Positions 1 through 9,156 of a stretch of DNA of 64,000 bases are shown here, one piece after another. How positions within the stretch are numbered: position 1 is the stretch's first letter; each line of letters opens with the position of its first letter. The translations under genes and the position numbers were made by a program. This DNA is from Candidatus Enterousia sp. (lineage in GTDB: Bacteria; Pseudomonadota; Alphaproteobacteria; Rs-D84). The notes beneath the pieces are model-generated. The model searched no databases. It was not told the DNA's origin and saw only the letters and a list, made by a program, of their open reading frames with translations. The DNA is taken from positions 25,968-89,967 of the forward strand of contig JAZQRR010000027.1 in NCBI GenBank assembly GCA_045629645.1. The letters are read 5' to 3'.

Positions 1-119
1 TTCACCATCATGAACACGCAGTGTATTATTTGTTGTATCCATTGTAACTTCACCAATTGCACCGATAAAGTTATCATTTGCCGCCACGTCGCCACGGCGG
101 ATTTGTATTTGTCTAGACA
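1..119 (-). CDS. N-terminal fragment (39 codons, continues off the left edge) of a phage tail-fibre-like protein
   Basis: ATG at 119-117 with a GGAG-type RBS upstream. The translation MSRQIQIRRGDVAANDNFIGAIGEVTMDTTNNTLRVHDGE fits the [IL]Q[IL]RRG...GE...D...L[KR][IV]xDG N-terminal module of Mtd/hyaluronidase-type tail fibre proteins. Confidence 0.5.
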
Positions 120-265
120 TAAAAAAACTCCCTTTGGAAAAAATTAAATAAAAAAAAACCGCCCATAACGGTCGGTCTATGTGTTACATATTATACCATA
201 AAAACACATAAAAATCAATTTTTTATTTTATATTATGAATATAATATGATATAAATCACTTTGAT

Positions 266-1276
266 ATGAAACATTATTTTAATATTAATTTTCTTCGATT
301 TGTTTCCGCAATTGGTTTAGTAATATTTCACCTGTTGCATTATAATTTGCCAAACGGTTTCCAAGATTATTATAAAATCTTGGAACAATCAACCAGTTCA
401 ACATATTTGTTAGTTGATTTATTTTTAATAATTTCTGGATTTTTTTTGTTTAAAACATCAACAAAAAATACAAATATTTTCAAATACATTAAAAATCGTT
501 TTATTCGCATATACCCAGTATTTTTATTCTATAACATTATAATGCTGGTAATGAAATGGGAACCTGCTTTTTTTACAAAAACGAACATATTTTTATTAGA
601 ATGTATGCATAATTCTTTTACCTGCGAAGGTATTTTATGGTTTATAACACCATTTATATGGTCTTGCATACTACTGTACATTATATTAAAACTTACAAAA
701 CGATTTTCCAGATATATAATCTGGCCACTGATGATAATATGTTATATCATAATGATTGATGTATCTGGCGGATACTTTAATATGTTTGCATATATCACCC
801 CATTTATAAATTTTGCTACATTGCGTGTAATATCAGGATTATGTATTGGAATATTACTGGGTATTCACCAAGACAAGATTAAAAAATTTGATTTAACCAC
901 AATTCAATCCAGTATAATTGAAACAATTGTTATTTGTTTATTATTTACTAATTTATTTATTACAAAAATATTTATAAACGACTTATACACTATTTGTTTA
1001 TTTACCGTATTAGTTTATACATTTACCACAAAGAAATCATATATCAGCAATTTAATTAACAAGCCCTTTTTTGGTTACTTTGGCAGATATGCGTATTCTA
1101 TATATATCATGCAACAAATATCATTTATCATATTAAACAAAACATCTATTCAGTATCATTTTTTTCCAATACAAACCTTGATATTATACACAATAATATC
1201 TGTATTAATTGGTATTTTAACATATTATATAATTGAATATCCCATACAAAAATTACAACACAGAACTAAGTTATAA
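266..1276 (+). CDS. Acyltransferase family 3 (OafA/YrhL-like) integral membrane protein
   Basis: 336 aa and hydrophobic throughout, with about 10 TM segments. The N-terminal FLRFVSAIGLVIFH motif is typical of acyltransferase_3 proteins. The gene is markedly more AT-rich than its neighbours. Confidence 0.6.
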   Translation: MKHYFNINFLRFVSAIGLVIFHLLHYNLPNGFQDYYKILEQSTSSTYLLVDLFLIISGFFLFKTSTKNTNIFKYIKNRFIRIYPVFLFYNIIMLVMKWEPAFFTKTNIFLLECMHNSFTCEGILWFITPFIWSCILLYIILKLTKRFSRYIIWPLMIICYIIMIDVSGGYFNMFAYITPFINFATLRVISGLCIGILLGIHQDKIKKFDLTTIQSSIIETIVICLLFTNLFITKIFINDLYTICLFTVLVYTFTTKKSYISNLINKPFFGYFGRYAYSIYIMQQISFIILNKTSIQYHFFPIQTLILYTIISVLIGILTYYIIEYPIQKLQHRTKL

Positions 1277-1882
1277 AAAGCACTTTTTTAAATCAGCCCC
1301 ATCATTATTTTGGTCTATTTTTTTATTTCTTATTTCTTCTGCTGCTTTGATTTTCTGTTTTACTAATACAACTTCTGGATGAGCCTGTAATTCACTATTC
1401 ATCATATCTATTGCAGTATCAATATCATCCTTGTTTTTAACAAAAACAGGCATAACAGAATCTGCGGCTGAAAAAACAGATTGTTTTAAATCCCCCATAA
1501 AATCATTAATAACAGATAAATAAGCATTAATATGCATTTCTTCGTGTTTTAACACTGCATTATACGGACAAGAATCCAAAGTATGTCTGATATCAATATT
1601 TACCAAAAAATCTTTATATCCAACCGTTGCATTAACATTTTTCAGAACAATACAATATCCATTATCTACTTTTTTTATATCTGTAACAATATCATAATTA
1701 TCAACAAAAGTCGCAATAACATTACCATGCCATAAATCCATTGGCTGTTCTGGTTGAGTAATATTTTTTATTGCTTTGGGTTGTACTACTGTAATTTTTG
1801 GTTTAAATTTAAATTGCAAACAATCATCAGCCATTACAGGCAACACAATAACAGAAAATAATATTCCCAACAGAACTTTCAA
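1271..1882 (-). CDS. Secreted HExxH protein, possibly a DUF922-like Zn-dependent peptidase
   Basis: 203 aa with an N-terminal signal peptide (MKVLLGILFSVIVLPVMA-DD). It carries a single HEEMH motif in the context AVLKHEEMHINAY. It starts 9 nt after the virB4 stop on the same strand. Confidence 0.4.
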   Translation of the reverse strand: MKVLLGILFSVIVLPVMADDCLQFKFKPKITVVQPKAIKNITQPEQPMDLWHGNVIATFVDNYDIVTDIKKVDNGYCIVLKNVNATVGYKDFLVNIDIRHTLDSCPYNAVLKHEEMHINAYLSVINDFMGDLKQSVFSAADSVMPVFVKNKDDIDTAIDMMNSELQAHPEVVLVKQKIKAAEEIRNKKIDQNNDGADLKKCFL

Positions 1883-1891
1883 GATAAAACC

Positions 1892-4318
1892 TTAATCCAT
1901 TGCGCCTTGTTTTTTCAGGTATTCATTAACAAAATTATTACCATAAATTTTATATAATTCTTCGGCCAACAAAACAGAAGAACGTCCAGATTCAAACAAT
2001 CTTAACATATTCCCCAGTCCGCCCAATTCTGTATTTAAAATAACAGATTCATTATTTACAGGTCTGGACAACAGTAATGCACGTTTTAAATTAGGATACG
2101 CCTTGCCTTGAATAAAGGCCATTTCCAACGGATTTAAATTCCAATGCGCATAATCATTTACCTCGGCTGCTGGATTTCTAAAGAATAATATTGTCTGTGC
2201 CTGACCACGAACAACGTCACCAATCCCCAGTTTATCCAGAATATTTGCGCGCTGAAACGCTGCCATATACGCCTGACGATTTTTTCTACCTTCTTGTAAA
2301 CCAGTAATAAAACTGTCACGGAACATTTTATTTTCCAGCATTGGTGCAGTTTCGTCAATCATAATCAGCGATGGATTTCCACCGGCCACCGTCGTATTGT
2401 TAATTCTGTGTAAGATATAAGAAATAACTGCTGGCGCTAAAACTTCATCTTGTAAAATATCTGTAAAATCAAACGTTGTTAATCTGGATTGTAAATCCAA
2501 AGTATCAGTTATTTCATTAAACATATCACCATACTGTAATGGGTCTATCCACTTTTTTAACGCGGGTCGCATATTTCCTGTGGAAGAAAAACAACTTTCC
2601 CACAAATTTTTCAACAATCTGTCTTTATCGGATAAATAATCAAAATTAACAGATACAGCACGTGCAATTTCATCGGCAGATTCAACATCATTCTGCCCAG
2701 AAATAATTGCGAACCAGCGTCTTAAAAACGCACGATTTGCGGCACTGTCTGGCATTTTTAGTGGATTTAAGTGTGTCAAGAAAGACTGTGCCATTGGGTC
2801 TGTATTTTTTTCTTTCCCCTGCATAGTAATATACTTACCGCCCACCGCCATTGTAAATATTTCCGCGCCTTTGTTTCTATCAAAGAAAAAAGCTTTTAAC
2901 TTAGGATGTCTTAAACTTTGCGCAATCAAGAACGAGAACAAAGTTGTTTTACCACCACCTGTTGGACCGATTGTTAAAGTATGTCCCACCGCGGCCGGCG
3001 CATCAGAAACATGGAATTGGAACATATACGGTGTACCTTGGGCAGTTGGGAAAACAACCAATGGTCCTGGCCCCCAATCTGAATTTTCAACACCACGTGG
3101 CTGTGTTGACATTGGAATACTGACGGCAGCTGTCTTGGATAACAATTTAAAACTGCGTGGAAAAACATCAAACCCTGGAATCTGTGCGAACCAAGACACC
3201 TTGGCTGCGAACGTTTCTACAATAGGAGAAACCCCGAACGAAGCGGAAATTTTCTTAAAATCATCTATTGATTTTTGTAATTCTTTTTCAGAATCACCAT
3301 ACAGAACAAATAAAGGATAATAGTTAACCATACTCTGATTTCCAGAAACATTTTCATCCATAACAGATTCTGCGGCACTAATTTGTTCTTCGGTTGATTT
3401 TTGTTTTTCATCTGCGGTTGAACGTCTTTGTCGCAAAGTTGTTTCAATATCGGCCTGCCCCATGATATGAAAAGCGTTCATTGTAACCATTTCACATTGA
3501 ATTGTTGATATAGTATCAAAAAATTCTTCATCCAAATAATCCGGAGAAGTTTTAAAAGACAACATTGCAGAATATTGTTTTTGTGCGCCACTGATATACT
3601 TCACCCAACCATCTTTCAAAAATTCCACATCATCAACAGTTGTTAAACTTGCGATATCATTATCTGCTGTTTTTGGTTCTGGTTTTGAAACAGGAGATAA
3701 AATTCTGCCGAAAAATTTCGCCATATTATCTGTTGTTTTATTTTTCAACACTTGTGGTTTATAAGCAGCCAACATAGATTCAATATAATTTCCATATTTA
3801 TTTAATTTTGCACGTGCATCAACACCAGAAACGGACATAACAATATAATAACTATTTGTAAAAATTTTTAATCCTTGTCCTTGCCATTTATCATATATTT
3901 TCTGCAATGTTGGCTGATTAAATTCATATTTTGTCTGTTCTGCTATTTCATCGCGCACCATAAAGAATCGCAAAATAACCCCAGTATCACGAATTTGATT
4001 AAATAATTGTGCACGCAAATCCAAGAATTTTTCACGTGTTTGATTATCTTGCATACTGGTTTGAACCCCTGCCACGCGATAAACACGTAACAAAGTACCA
4101 TCTGTCAACGACATAGAATTATCATCAAAAACTGTATCAAAAGGTAAAAAACTTGAATATTTAGCATATCCAAATTTTGGGAAAATTTTCTTGCCCAGCA
4201 CAGGCACATACAGCATCAGCATAATAAAAACAAACAAAACAACCATCACCATGACGGTCAAAGTAATTGGGAATCCACTTCCTGCAAAATAATCAAAAAA
4301 ATCATGTACATTTGTCAT
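1892..4318 (-). CDS. virB4: Type IV secretion ATPase VirB4/TrbE
   Basis: 808 aa with an N-terminal TM segment and the Walker A motif GPTGGGKTT. Length and layout are typical of VirB4. It overlaps virB3 by 4 nt (ATGA). Confidence 0.9.
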   Translation of the reverse strand: MTNVHDFFDYFAGSGFPITLTVMVMVVLFVFIMLMLYVPVLGKKIFPKFGYAKYSSFLPFDTVFDDNSMSLTDGTLLRVYRVAGVQTSMQDNQTREKFLDLRAQLFNQIRDTGVILRFFMVRDEIAEQTKYEFNQPTLQKIYDKWQGQGLKIFTNSYYIVMSVSGVDARAKLNKYGNYIESMLAAYKPQVLKNKTTDNMAKFFGRILSPVSKPEPKTADNDIASLTTVDDVEFLKDGWVKYISGAQKQYSAMLSFKTSPDYLDEEFFDTISTIQCEMVTMNAFHIMGQADIETTLRQRRSTADEKQKSTEEQISAAESVMDENVSGNQSMVNYYPLFVLYGDSEKELQKSIDDFKKISASFGVSPIVETFAAKVSWFAQIPGFDVFPRSFKLLSKTAAVSIPMSTQPRGVENSDWGPGPLVVFPTAQGTPYMFQFHVSDAPAAVGHTLTIGPTGGGKTTLFSFLIAQSLRHPKLKAFFFDRNKGAEIFTMAVGGKYITMQGKEKNTDPMAQSFLTHLNPLKMPDSAANRAFLRRWFAIISGQNDVESADEIARAVSVNFDYLSDKDRLLKNLWESCFSSTGNMRPALKKWIDPLQYGDMFNEITDTLDLQSRLTTFDFTDILQDEVLAPAVISYILHRINNTTVAGGNPSLIMIDETAPMLENKMFRDSFITGLQEGRKNRQAYMAAFQRANILDKLGIGDVVRGQAQTILFFRNPAAEVNDYAHWNLNPLEMAFIQGKAYPNLKRALLLSRPVNNESVILNTELGGLGNMLRLFESGRSSVLLAEELYKIYGNNFVNEYLKKQGAMD

Positions 4319-4605
4319 GCTGCTAGTTTCCTTGGTACTTTATGTTTTAATAAATTTAATTTTGCGGACACTATTTGCCCCAACTGCGGGTCTTTTTTTG
4401 CAAAAGTTGCGATTATCATATGTACAGAAATCACCCCTGCGAAAAAATATAATGGATTTGTATCATCACCGGTAAAAATCAATCTGACAACAAAGATTGT
4501 AACAAAAGCTAGGAATTGTATTACAAAATTCAACACTGCCAACGAATATGGCACATAGAATATTTGTGCTGGATTTGCCAATGCTTTTAATACTTGTTGT
4601 TTCAT
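4315..4605 (-). CDS. virB3: Type IV secretion protein VirB3/TrbD
   Basis: 96 aa with two TM segments. The N-terminal LKALANPAQIFYVPYSLAVLNF resembles the VirB3 signature (L.K.LtRP..i.GVP). A strong RBS, GGAGAGG, lies upstream. Confidence 0.8.
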   Translation of the reverse strand: MKQQVLKALANPAQIFYVPYSLAVLNFVIQFLAFVTIFVVRLIFTGDDTNPLYFFAGVISVHMIIATFAKKDPQLGQIVSAKLNLLKHKVPRKLAA

Positions 4606-4625
4606 AACCCTCTCCGAATATTTGA

Positions 4626-4654
4626 ATTATAACAATTTCAACAATTTTCAACAA
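4626..4654 (-). promoter_or_regulatory. Sigma70-like promoter for virB3-virB4
   Basis: The minus strand reads TTGTTG-17 nt-TATAAT, ending about 20 nt upstream of the virB3 ATG. Confidence 0.4.
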
Positions 4655-4862
4655 GCATAAAAAGCAAATCAAAAAAATTGTTAAAAGTGTTAAAAACTTT
4701 AAATTTATTAACTGTTAATTATTTTCGATAATTTTTAACAATTTTTTAAAAAAGCCCAGAAAACATGAATTTTTTTGTTAAAAAACTGTTTAAAAAAAAC
4801 TAAAAACAGTTTTCAACACTTTAAACAGGCCCTACTAAAACAACTATAAATAATATTATTAT

Positions 4863-4890
4863 TTGATTTTTCAAAAAATATGTTTATAAT
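4863..4890 (+). promoter_or_regulatory. Sigma70-like promoter for rpmJ
   Basis: TTGATT-16 nt-TATAAT, about 24 nt upstream of the rpmJ ATG. Confidence 0.4.
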
Positions 4891-4913
4891 CGCCTTGTAA
4901 AAAGGATAACGAC

Positions 4914-5048
4914 ATGAAATTTTTAAGTTCATTAAAGGCTTGGAAGAAACGCGGTAATGTAAAACAAATCCGTCGTGGTAAACAAGTTATCTTGATTGAT
5001 CCTGCAAATCCAAAGTTCAAAGCGAAACAGGGTTTCAAGAAGAAATAA
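4914..5048 (+). CDS. rpmJ: 50S ribosomal protein L36 (zinc-less alphaproteobacterial type)
   Basis: This 44-aa ORF is too short for the ORF track. MKFLSSLKAWKKRGNVKQIRRGKQVILIDPANPKFKAKQGFKKK fits the MK..SLK..K.R....RR.G...I...NP.FKA.QG pattern. It has no Cys or His ligands, an AAGGA RBS, and a terminator directly downstream. Confidence 0.85.
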   Translation: MKFLSSLKAWKKRGNVKQIRRGKQVILIDPANPKFKAKQGFKKK

Positions 5049-5074
5049 AAAATCCGCCGATTGGCGGTTTTTTT
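5047..5074. terminator. Bidirectional rho-independent terminator
   Basis: A-run, CCGCC-GATT-GGCGG hairpin, then T-run, between the convergent rpmJ and SufD-like genes. Confidence 0.7.
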
Positions 5075-5753
5075 AATATAAATCAAAATCGTTTATAAAA
5101 GCTTCTTTTATAACATCTGTAATTTCAAGTGTTCCCAAGCCACTTTCACGTAAGTATAAAATCTGTGAATTTGTTGGTTTGTATATGGCAGCACTGTGAT
5201 CTGCTGATTTTGGTATTGATGAAATTCGTTGTGTTGGCATAAATTCAATAAAAGCATTATTTTCATTTATTGCGGCAAAACCAATATCAGAAACACAATC
5301 TGGGCAATTTGATTTTATATTTGCATCACCATGCAAAATTGTTTTTGAATTTTTGTATGCAATTAATCTGTTTTTTACAATTATTGTTGTATTTTCTGAT
5401 AAATGTTCACCGACACATTTGTAATTTAATTCAGAAAAATTTTCCAAGATAACGTTTGATTTTACCACAGAATTTTTACCGGTATTTTTAATAAAAATGT
5501 TCAATTTTGCCGGTGTAGTATTTTTTATTTTTACTGTCAAAAAAACATTTTGTTTTTCTGCGATAACTTCGACATCCAGTTTATTTTCGCCACTTATTTC
5601 ACCGACATAGATAATATGTACTGGTAAACAATAATTTTTATCAACAGTTGTACTGTTAATAGTCGATAAATCTGGGCAATATTTACCATCGCGGTAAACA
5701 ATTGTTTCCGCCGGAAAGGTTTTTATGTTGAATTCATTCCACATGTATGACAT
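5073..5753 (-). CDS. SufB/SufD-family (UPF0051) beta-helix protein, short orphan form
   Basis: 226 aa. The C-terminal segment ...AFIEFMPTQRISSIPKSADHSAAIYKPTNSQILYLRESGL....VIKEAF parallels the SufD C-terminus (kPeLeIyaddVkcsHGAt.G.ld...lFYL.sRGi....a..ll..aF). No sufB or sufC lies adjacent. Confidence 0.5.
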   Translation of the reverse strand: MSYMWNEFNIKTFPAETIVYRDGKYCPDLSTINSTTVDKNYCLPVHIIYVGEISGENKLDVEVIAEKQNVFLTVKIKNTTPAKLNIFIKNTGKNSVVKSNVILENFSELNYKCVGEHLSENTTIIVKNRLIAYKNSKTILHGDANIKSNCPDCVSDIGFAAINENNAFIEFMPTQRISSIPKSADHSAAIYKPTNSQILYLRESGLGTLEITDVIKEAFINDFDLY

Positions 5754-5780
5754 ATTATTCGTATTATAAAGGATTTTAAT

Positions 5781-6860
5781 ATGGGATTCAATTGTGGAAT
5801 TGTGGGCTTGCCAAATGTTGGAAAATCCACGTTATTTAATGCTTTGACACAAAGTGCGGCTGCGGACGCGCAAAATTATCCGTTTTGTACAATCGAACCA
5901 AACACAGGTCGTGTTGTTGTACCGGATGCGACATTACATGAATTGGCGCGTGTTGCTGGTTCTCAAAAGTTAATACCGACACAACTGGAAATTGTTGATA
6001 TTGCTGGTCTTGTCAAAGGTGCATCTGCTGGCGAAGGTTTGGGTAATAAATTTTTGGGGAATATTTTATCAACGGACGCAATAATTCATGTTGTCAGATG
6101 TTTTGAAAATGATGATATTGTCCATGTAAACGGGCGAGTTGACCCACTGGGTGATATTGAAACGATTGAAACAGAACTGATGTTGGCAGACCTTGAAAGT
6201 ATCGACAAACAGATAAAAAATCTGGAAAAAAAGGCGCGTGGTCTGGACAAAGAAGCAATTAAATTATTGGCAGATGCAAATGAAATCAAAAAGAATCTGG
6301 AAAATTCTATTCCAGCCAGAAACATAGATATTGATTCCAAGCCATTTAATTTATTAACCAGCAAACCTGTTATATATGTCTGCAATGTTGACGAAGCGTC
6401 TGCTGCAACTGGTAATAAATATTCCGATATGGTTAAACAAAAGTTTGGCGGTGTTGCGGATGTATTGATAATTTCATCAAAAATAGAAATGGAAATATCA
6501 CAGATTGTTGATGTTGATGAACGTAAAATGTTTTTGGATGACCTTGGGTTATCTGAATCTGGTTTGGATCAGGTTATAAAAACAGGTTATAAAACATTGG
6601 GTTTGCAAACATATTATACAATTGGACCAAAAGAAGCACACGCATGGACAATTACAGTTGGTATGACCGCACCTCAGGCTGCTGGAAAAATTCACACAGA
6701 TTTTGAACGTGGTTTTATCCGTGCCGAAGTAATTTCTCCGTCTGATTTTATTTCATTGGGTGGTGAAGTCGCTGTAAAAGAAGCCGGCAAAATGCGTCTT
6801 GTTGGTCGTGATTATATTATGCAAAATGGCGATATATGTCATTTCTTGTTTAATAATTAA
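5781..6860 (+). CDS. ychF: Ribosome-binding ATPase YchF
   Basis: 359 aa. N-terminus GIVGLPNVGKSTLFNALT, with an Obg-like GTPase core and a TGS-like C-terminus. Confidence 0.95.
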   Translation: MGFNCGIVGLPNVGKSTLFNALTQSAAADAQNYPFCTIEPNTGRVVVPDATLHELARVAGSQKLIPTQLEIVDIAGLVKGASAGEGLGNKFLGNILSTDAIIHVVRCFENDDIVHVNGRVDPLGDIETIETELMLADLESIDKQIKNLEKKARGLDKEAIKLLADANEIKKNLENSIPARNIDIDSKPFNLLTSKPVIYVCNVDEASAATGNKYSDMVKQKFGGVADVLIISSKIEMEISQIVDVDERKMFLDDLGLSESGLDQVIKTGYKTLGLQTYYTIGPKEAHAWTITVGMTAPQAAGKIHTDFERGFIRAEVISPSDFISLGGEVAVKEAGKMRLVGRDYIMQNGDICHFLFNN

Positions 6861-6875
6861 ACAAATAAATATGTT

Positions 6876-6909
6876 AAAAAATACCGGCGAATGCCGGTGT
6901 TTTTTTTTT
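6876..6909. terminator. Bidirectional rho-independent terminator
   Basis: A-run, ACCGGC-GAAT-GCCGGT hairpin, then a 9-T run. Confidence 0.75.
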
Positions 6910-7378
6910 ACTTTGATTCTACATAAGTTCCGTTTTTTATTTGTTCATTAAATGCATTACATACAAAATTACAGTACGTATGAAACAGATTTTCATGAAA
7001 TTTACTTTCATTAAAGTTTTTCATTCCAATTAATTCTTTATATTCTATTTGAATATTCATATCAAAATTTTCTGTAAATTGTTTTCCATCAAAAACAACA
7101 TTACAAACGCATGTATTTTCTGCTTTTAATTCCACTTCAAGATAATTTCGTGAATAACATTCAGGAAAATCATCAGACAGACAGCCGTCAGGCATACTTC
7201 TAGTTGATGAGAATACCGAATGAGATTTATAATCTATTTTTACTTCATCTTTATTTTGAATAGATGTACTTTGTTTATTTGTATGAATATTTTGATTATG
7301 TTTATAAACATACACAGCGGCAATAAAACCAAATAACACGACAGATAATATCAAAAAATATATTTTTTTCATAAACAA
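6908..7378 (-). CDS. Hypothetical membrane-anchored Cys-rich protein
   Basis: 156 aa with one N-terminal TM/signal-anchor (IYFLILSVVLFGFIAAVYVY) and 8 Cys in the soluble part. I recognise no family. Confidence 0.45.
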   Translation of the reverse strand: MFMKKIYFLILSVVLFGFIAAVYVYKHNQNIHTNKQSTSIQNKDEVKIDYKSHSVFSSTRSMPDGCLSDDFPECYSRNYLEVELKAENTCVCNVVFDGKQFTENFDMNIQIEYKELIGMKNFNESKFHENLFHTYCNFVCNAFNEQIKNGTYVESK

Positions 7379-7545
7379 CCTTTTTTACAATGAAAACTTT
7401 ATCATAAATATAACAGTAATAATATAAAAAAACGATAAAAATCGGTATTTTTTTACAAAATAACCAAAAACACCGGCAAAGTAAATTTGTTAAAAAATAC
7501 CGGTCTTTTTAATAAAAATGTTAAAAAAAGCCGGTAATTTTTATT

Positions 7546-9156
7546 TTATATACTTATTAATTTTTCTAATTTTTCACTTGCTGATTTTATATTTATATCT
7601 ATTTTATCTATTTCTTCACGAACAGTTTCATCGCCGTCCAATAAACGTGCAGTTAATGCTTTTTTAGTCAAAGTTAATCTGTCCAGATATCGTTGCAATT
7701 TTAATGAAACAATATATTTTTCAGCTGCCAGTTTATCCAGATTTAAATCTGTTGCGACACCATCAAAATCAATTTCTAATGTACCCAAGAAATCTAAATA
7801 TTGTTCGGCCAATTCTGGATATGCATTTACAATATAAATCAAAGTATTTTTTGTAATTGCGTCAATATCAGGCAATTTAATATTTGCAACAGAATCTGTT
7901 TTTTTCCATTTATGCCAAGAATTAAATTTTCTGGCATTATATTCTTTTTCAAATTCAGATTTTAAATCAGTATCTGTAATTTTTTCTAATTCTTTTTTCA
8001 AGAATTTTTCTGCTTGTGCGCGTCCCCCTGGTGTTTTTACCAAAAAATTATTATTTGTAACCTGCCACAAGAAGTCAACCAGTGGTAATGCATCGTCTAT
8101 AATTTTTTTCATGGCGTCTGTGCCACTTGTTTTCAATATTTCATCAGGGTCTTTTCCCCCTGACACAAACGCAAATTTTACATCTGATGTATCGCGTAAA
8201 AAAGGCATAACTATACTGCATGCACGCTGTGCTGCTTTTAATCCTGCGTTATCACCATCAAAACAGAAAATAATATTTCTGTTTGATTTGCATAATAAAC
8301 TGATATGGTCTTCGGTTAATGCGGTACCTAATGGTGCCACTGTTTCTGGGAATCCGTTTATTTGCATTTTAATTGCGTCAATTTGACCTTCGACAATTAT
8401 ACTGCGATTTGCACGATGAATTGCATCACGTGCAAAATTCAAACCAAAAACAGTTTTTCTTTTATGAAAAATATCAGTATCTGTTGTGTTTATATATTTT
8501 GGTTCACTGCCATCCAAAGACCGCCCAGAAAACGCCACAATTTTACCGTTTGCATTAAATATTGGGAACATTAATTTGTCGCGGAAAAAGTCATACATAC
8601 CGTATTCGCCGCGGCGACATAAACCAGACTGTATCAAGTATTTTGATTGTGCAAATTTGTTTGCGATAATGTTGTTTTTTGGTGCATATCCGATACGATA
8701 TTTTTTTATCATATCATCATCAAAACCGCGTTTTCTTATATATTCCAATGCATACGCGCCATCTTCTGAAAATAATTTTTCAGAATATGTTTTAGCCGCT
8801 TGTTCACAAATATCAAATAAAGCTTCTTCGTGTTTTATTGCATCTGGATTCTTGGGTTTATAATCAGGCATTTTTAATCCTGCCTGATTTGCTAATTCTG
8901 TGATTGCTGCGACGAAGTCCATATTATTATGCTTCATTGTAAAAGAAATAATATCACCATGTTCACCACAACCAAAACAATGATAGAATCCTTTTTCTTC
9001 GTTAACAGAAAAACTGGGGGTTTTTTCATTATGAAACGGACAACATCCCCAATAATTTTGACCTTTTTTTACCAACGGCACAACGCGTCCCACCACATCA
9101 ACCACAGATAATCTGGCACGCAGTTCATCGGTAAAATTTCTGTCCAATCCCGCCAT
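7546..9156 (-). CDS. dnaG: DNA primase
   Basis: 536 aa. Zinc ribbon CCPFHNEKTPSFSV....YHCFGCGEHGD and a TOPRIM region (EGQIDA). The ATG overlaps the topA stop (TAATG). Confidence 0.95.
   Translation of the reverse strand: MAGLDRNFTDELRARLSVVDVVGRVVPLVKKGQNYWGCCPFHNEKTPSFSVNEEKGFYHCFGCGEHGDIISFTMKHNNMDFVAAITELANQAGLKMPDYKPKNPDAIKHEEALFDICEQAAKTYSEKLFSEDGAYALEYIRKRGFDDDMIKKYRIGYAPKNNIIANKFAQSKYLIQSGLCRRGEYGMYDFFRDKLMFPIFNANGKIVAFSGRSLDGSEPKYINTTDTDIFHKRKTVFGLNFARDAIHRANRSIIVEGQIDAIKMQINGFPETVAPLGTALTEDHISLLCKSNRNIIFCFDGDNAGLKAAQRACSIVMPFLRDTSDVKFAFVSGGKDPDEILKTSGTDAMKKIIDDALPLVDFLWQVTNNNFLVKTPGGRAQAEKFLKKELEKITDTDLKSEFEKEYNARKFNSWHKWKKTDSVANIKLPDIDAITKNTLIYIVNAYPELAEQYLDFLGTLEIDFDGVATDLNLDKLAAEKYIVSLKLQRYLDRLTLTKKALTARLLDGDETVREEIDKIDINIKSASEKLEKLISI

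Noticed and set aside
128-180. Weak hairpin ACCG-TTATGGG-CGGT followed by a 9-T run on the minus strand, just upstream of the tail-fibre-like gene start.
   Set aside because: The stem is only 4 bp and there is no upstream co-oriented gene to terminate. It cannot be distinguished from chance in AT-rich DNA.
7441-7545. Three terminator-like fragments: AACGAT-AAAA-ATCGGT, ACCGG...24 nt...CCGGT, and a half-hairpin GCCGGTAA.
   Set aside because: These are degenerate or interrupted versions of the CCGG-core terminator. None forms a convincing hairpin, so I mention them only under the terminator-family finding.
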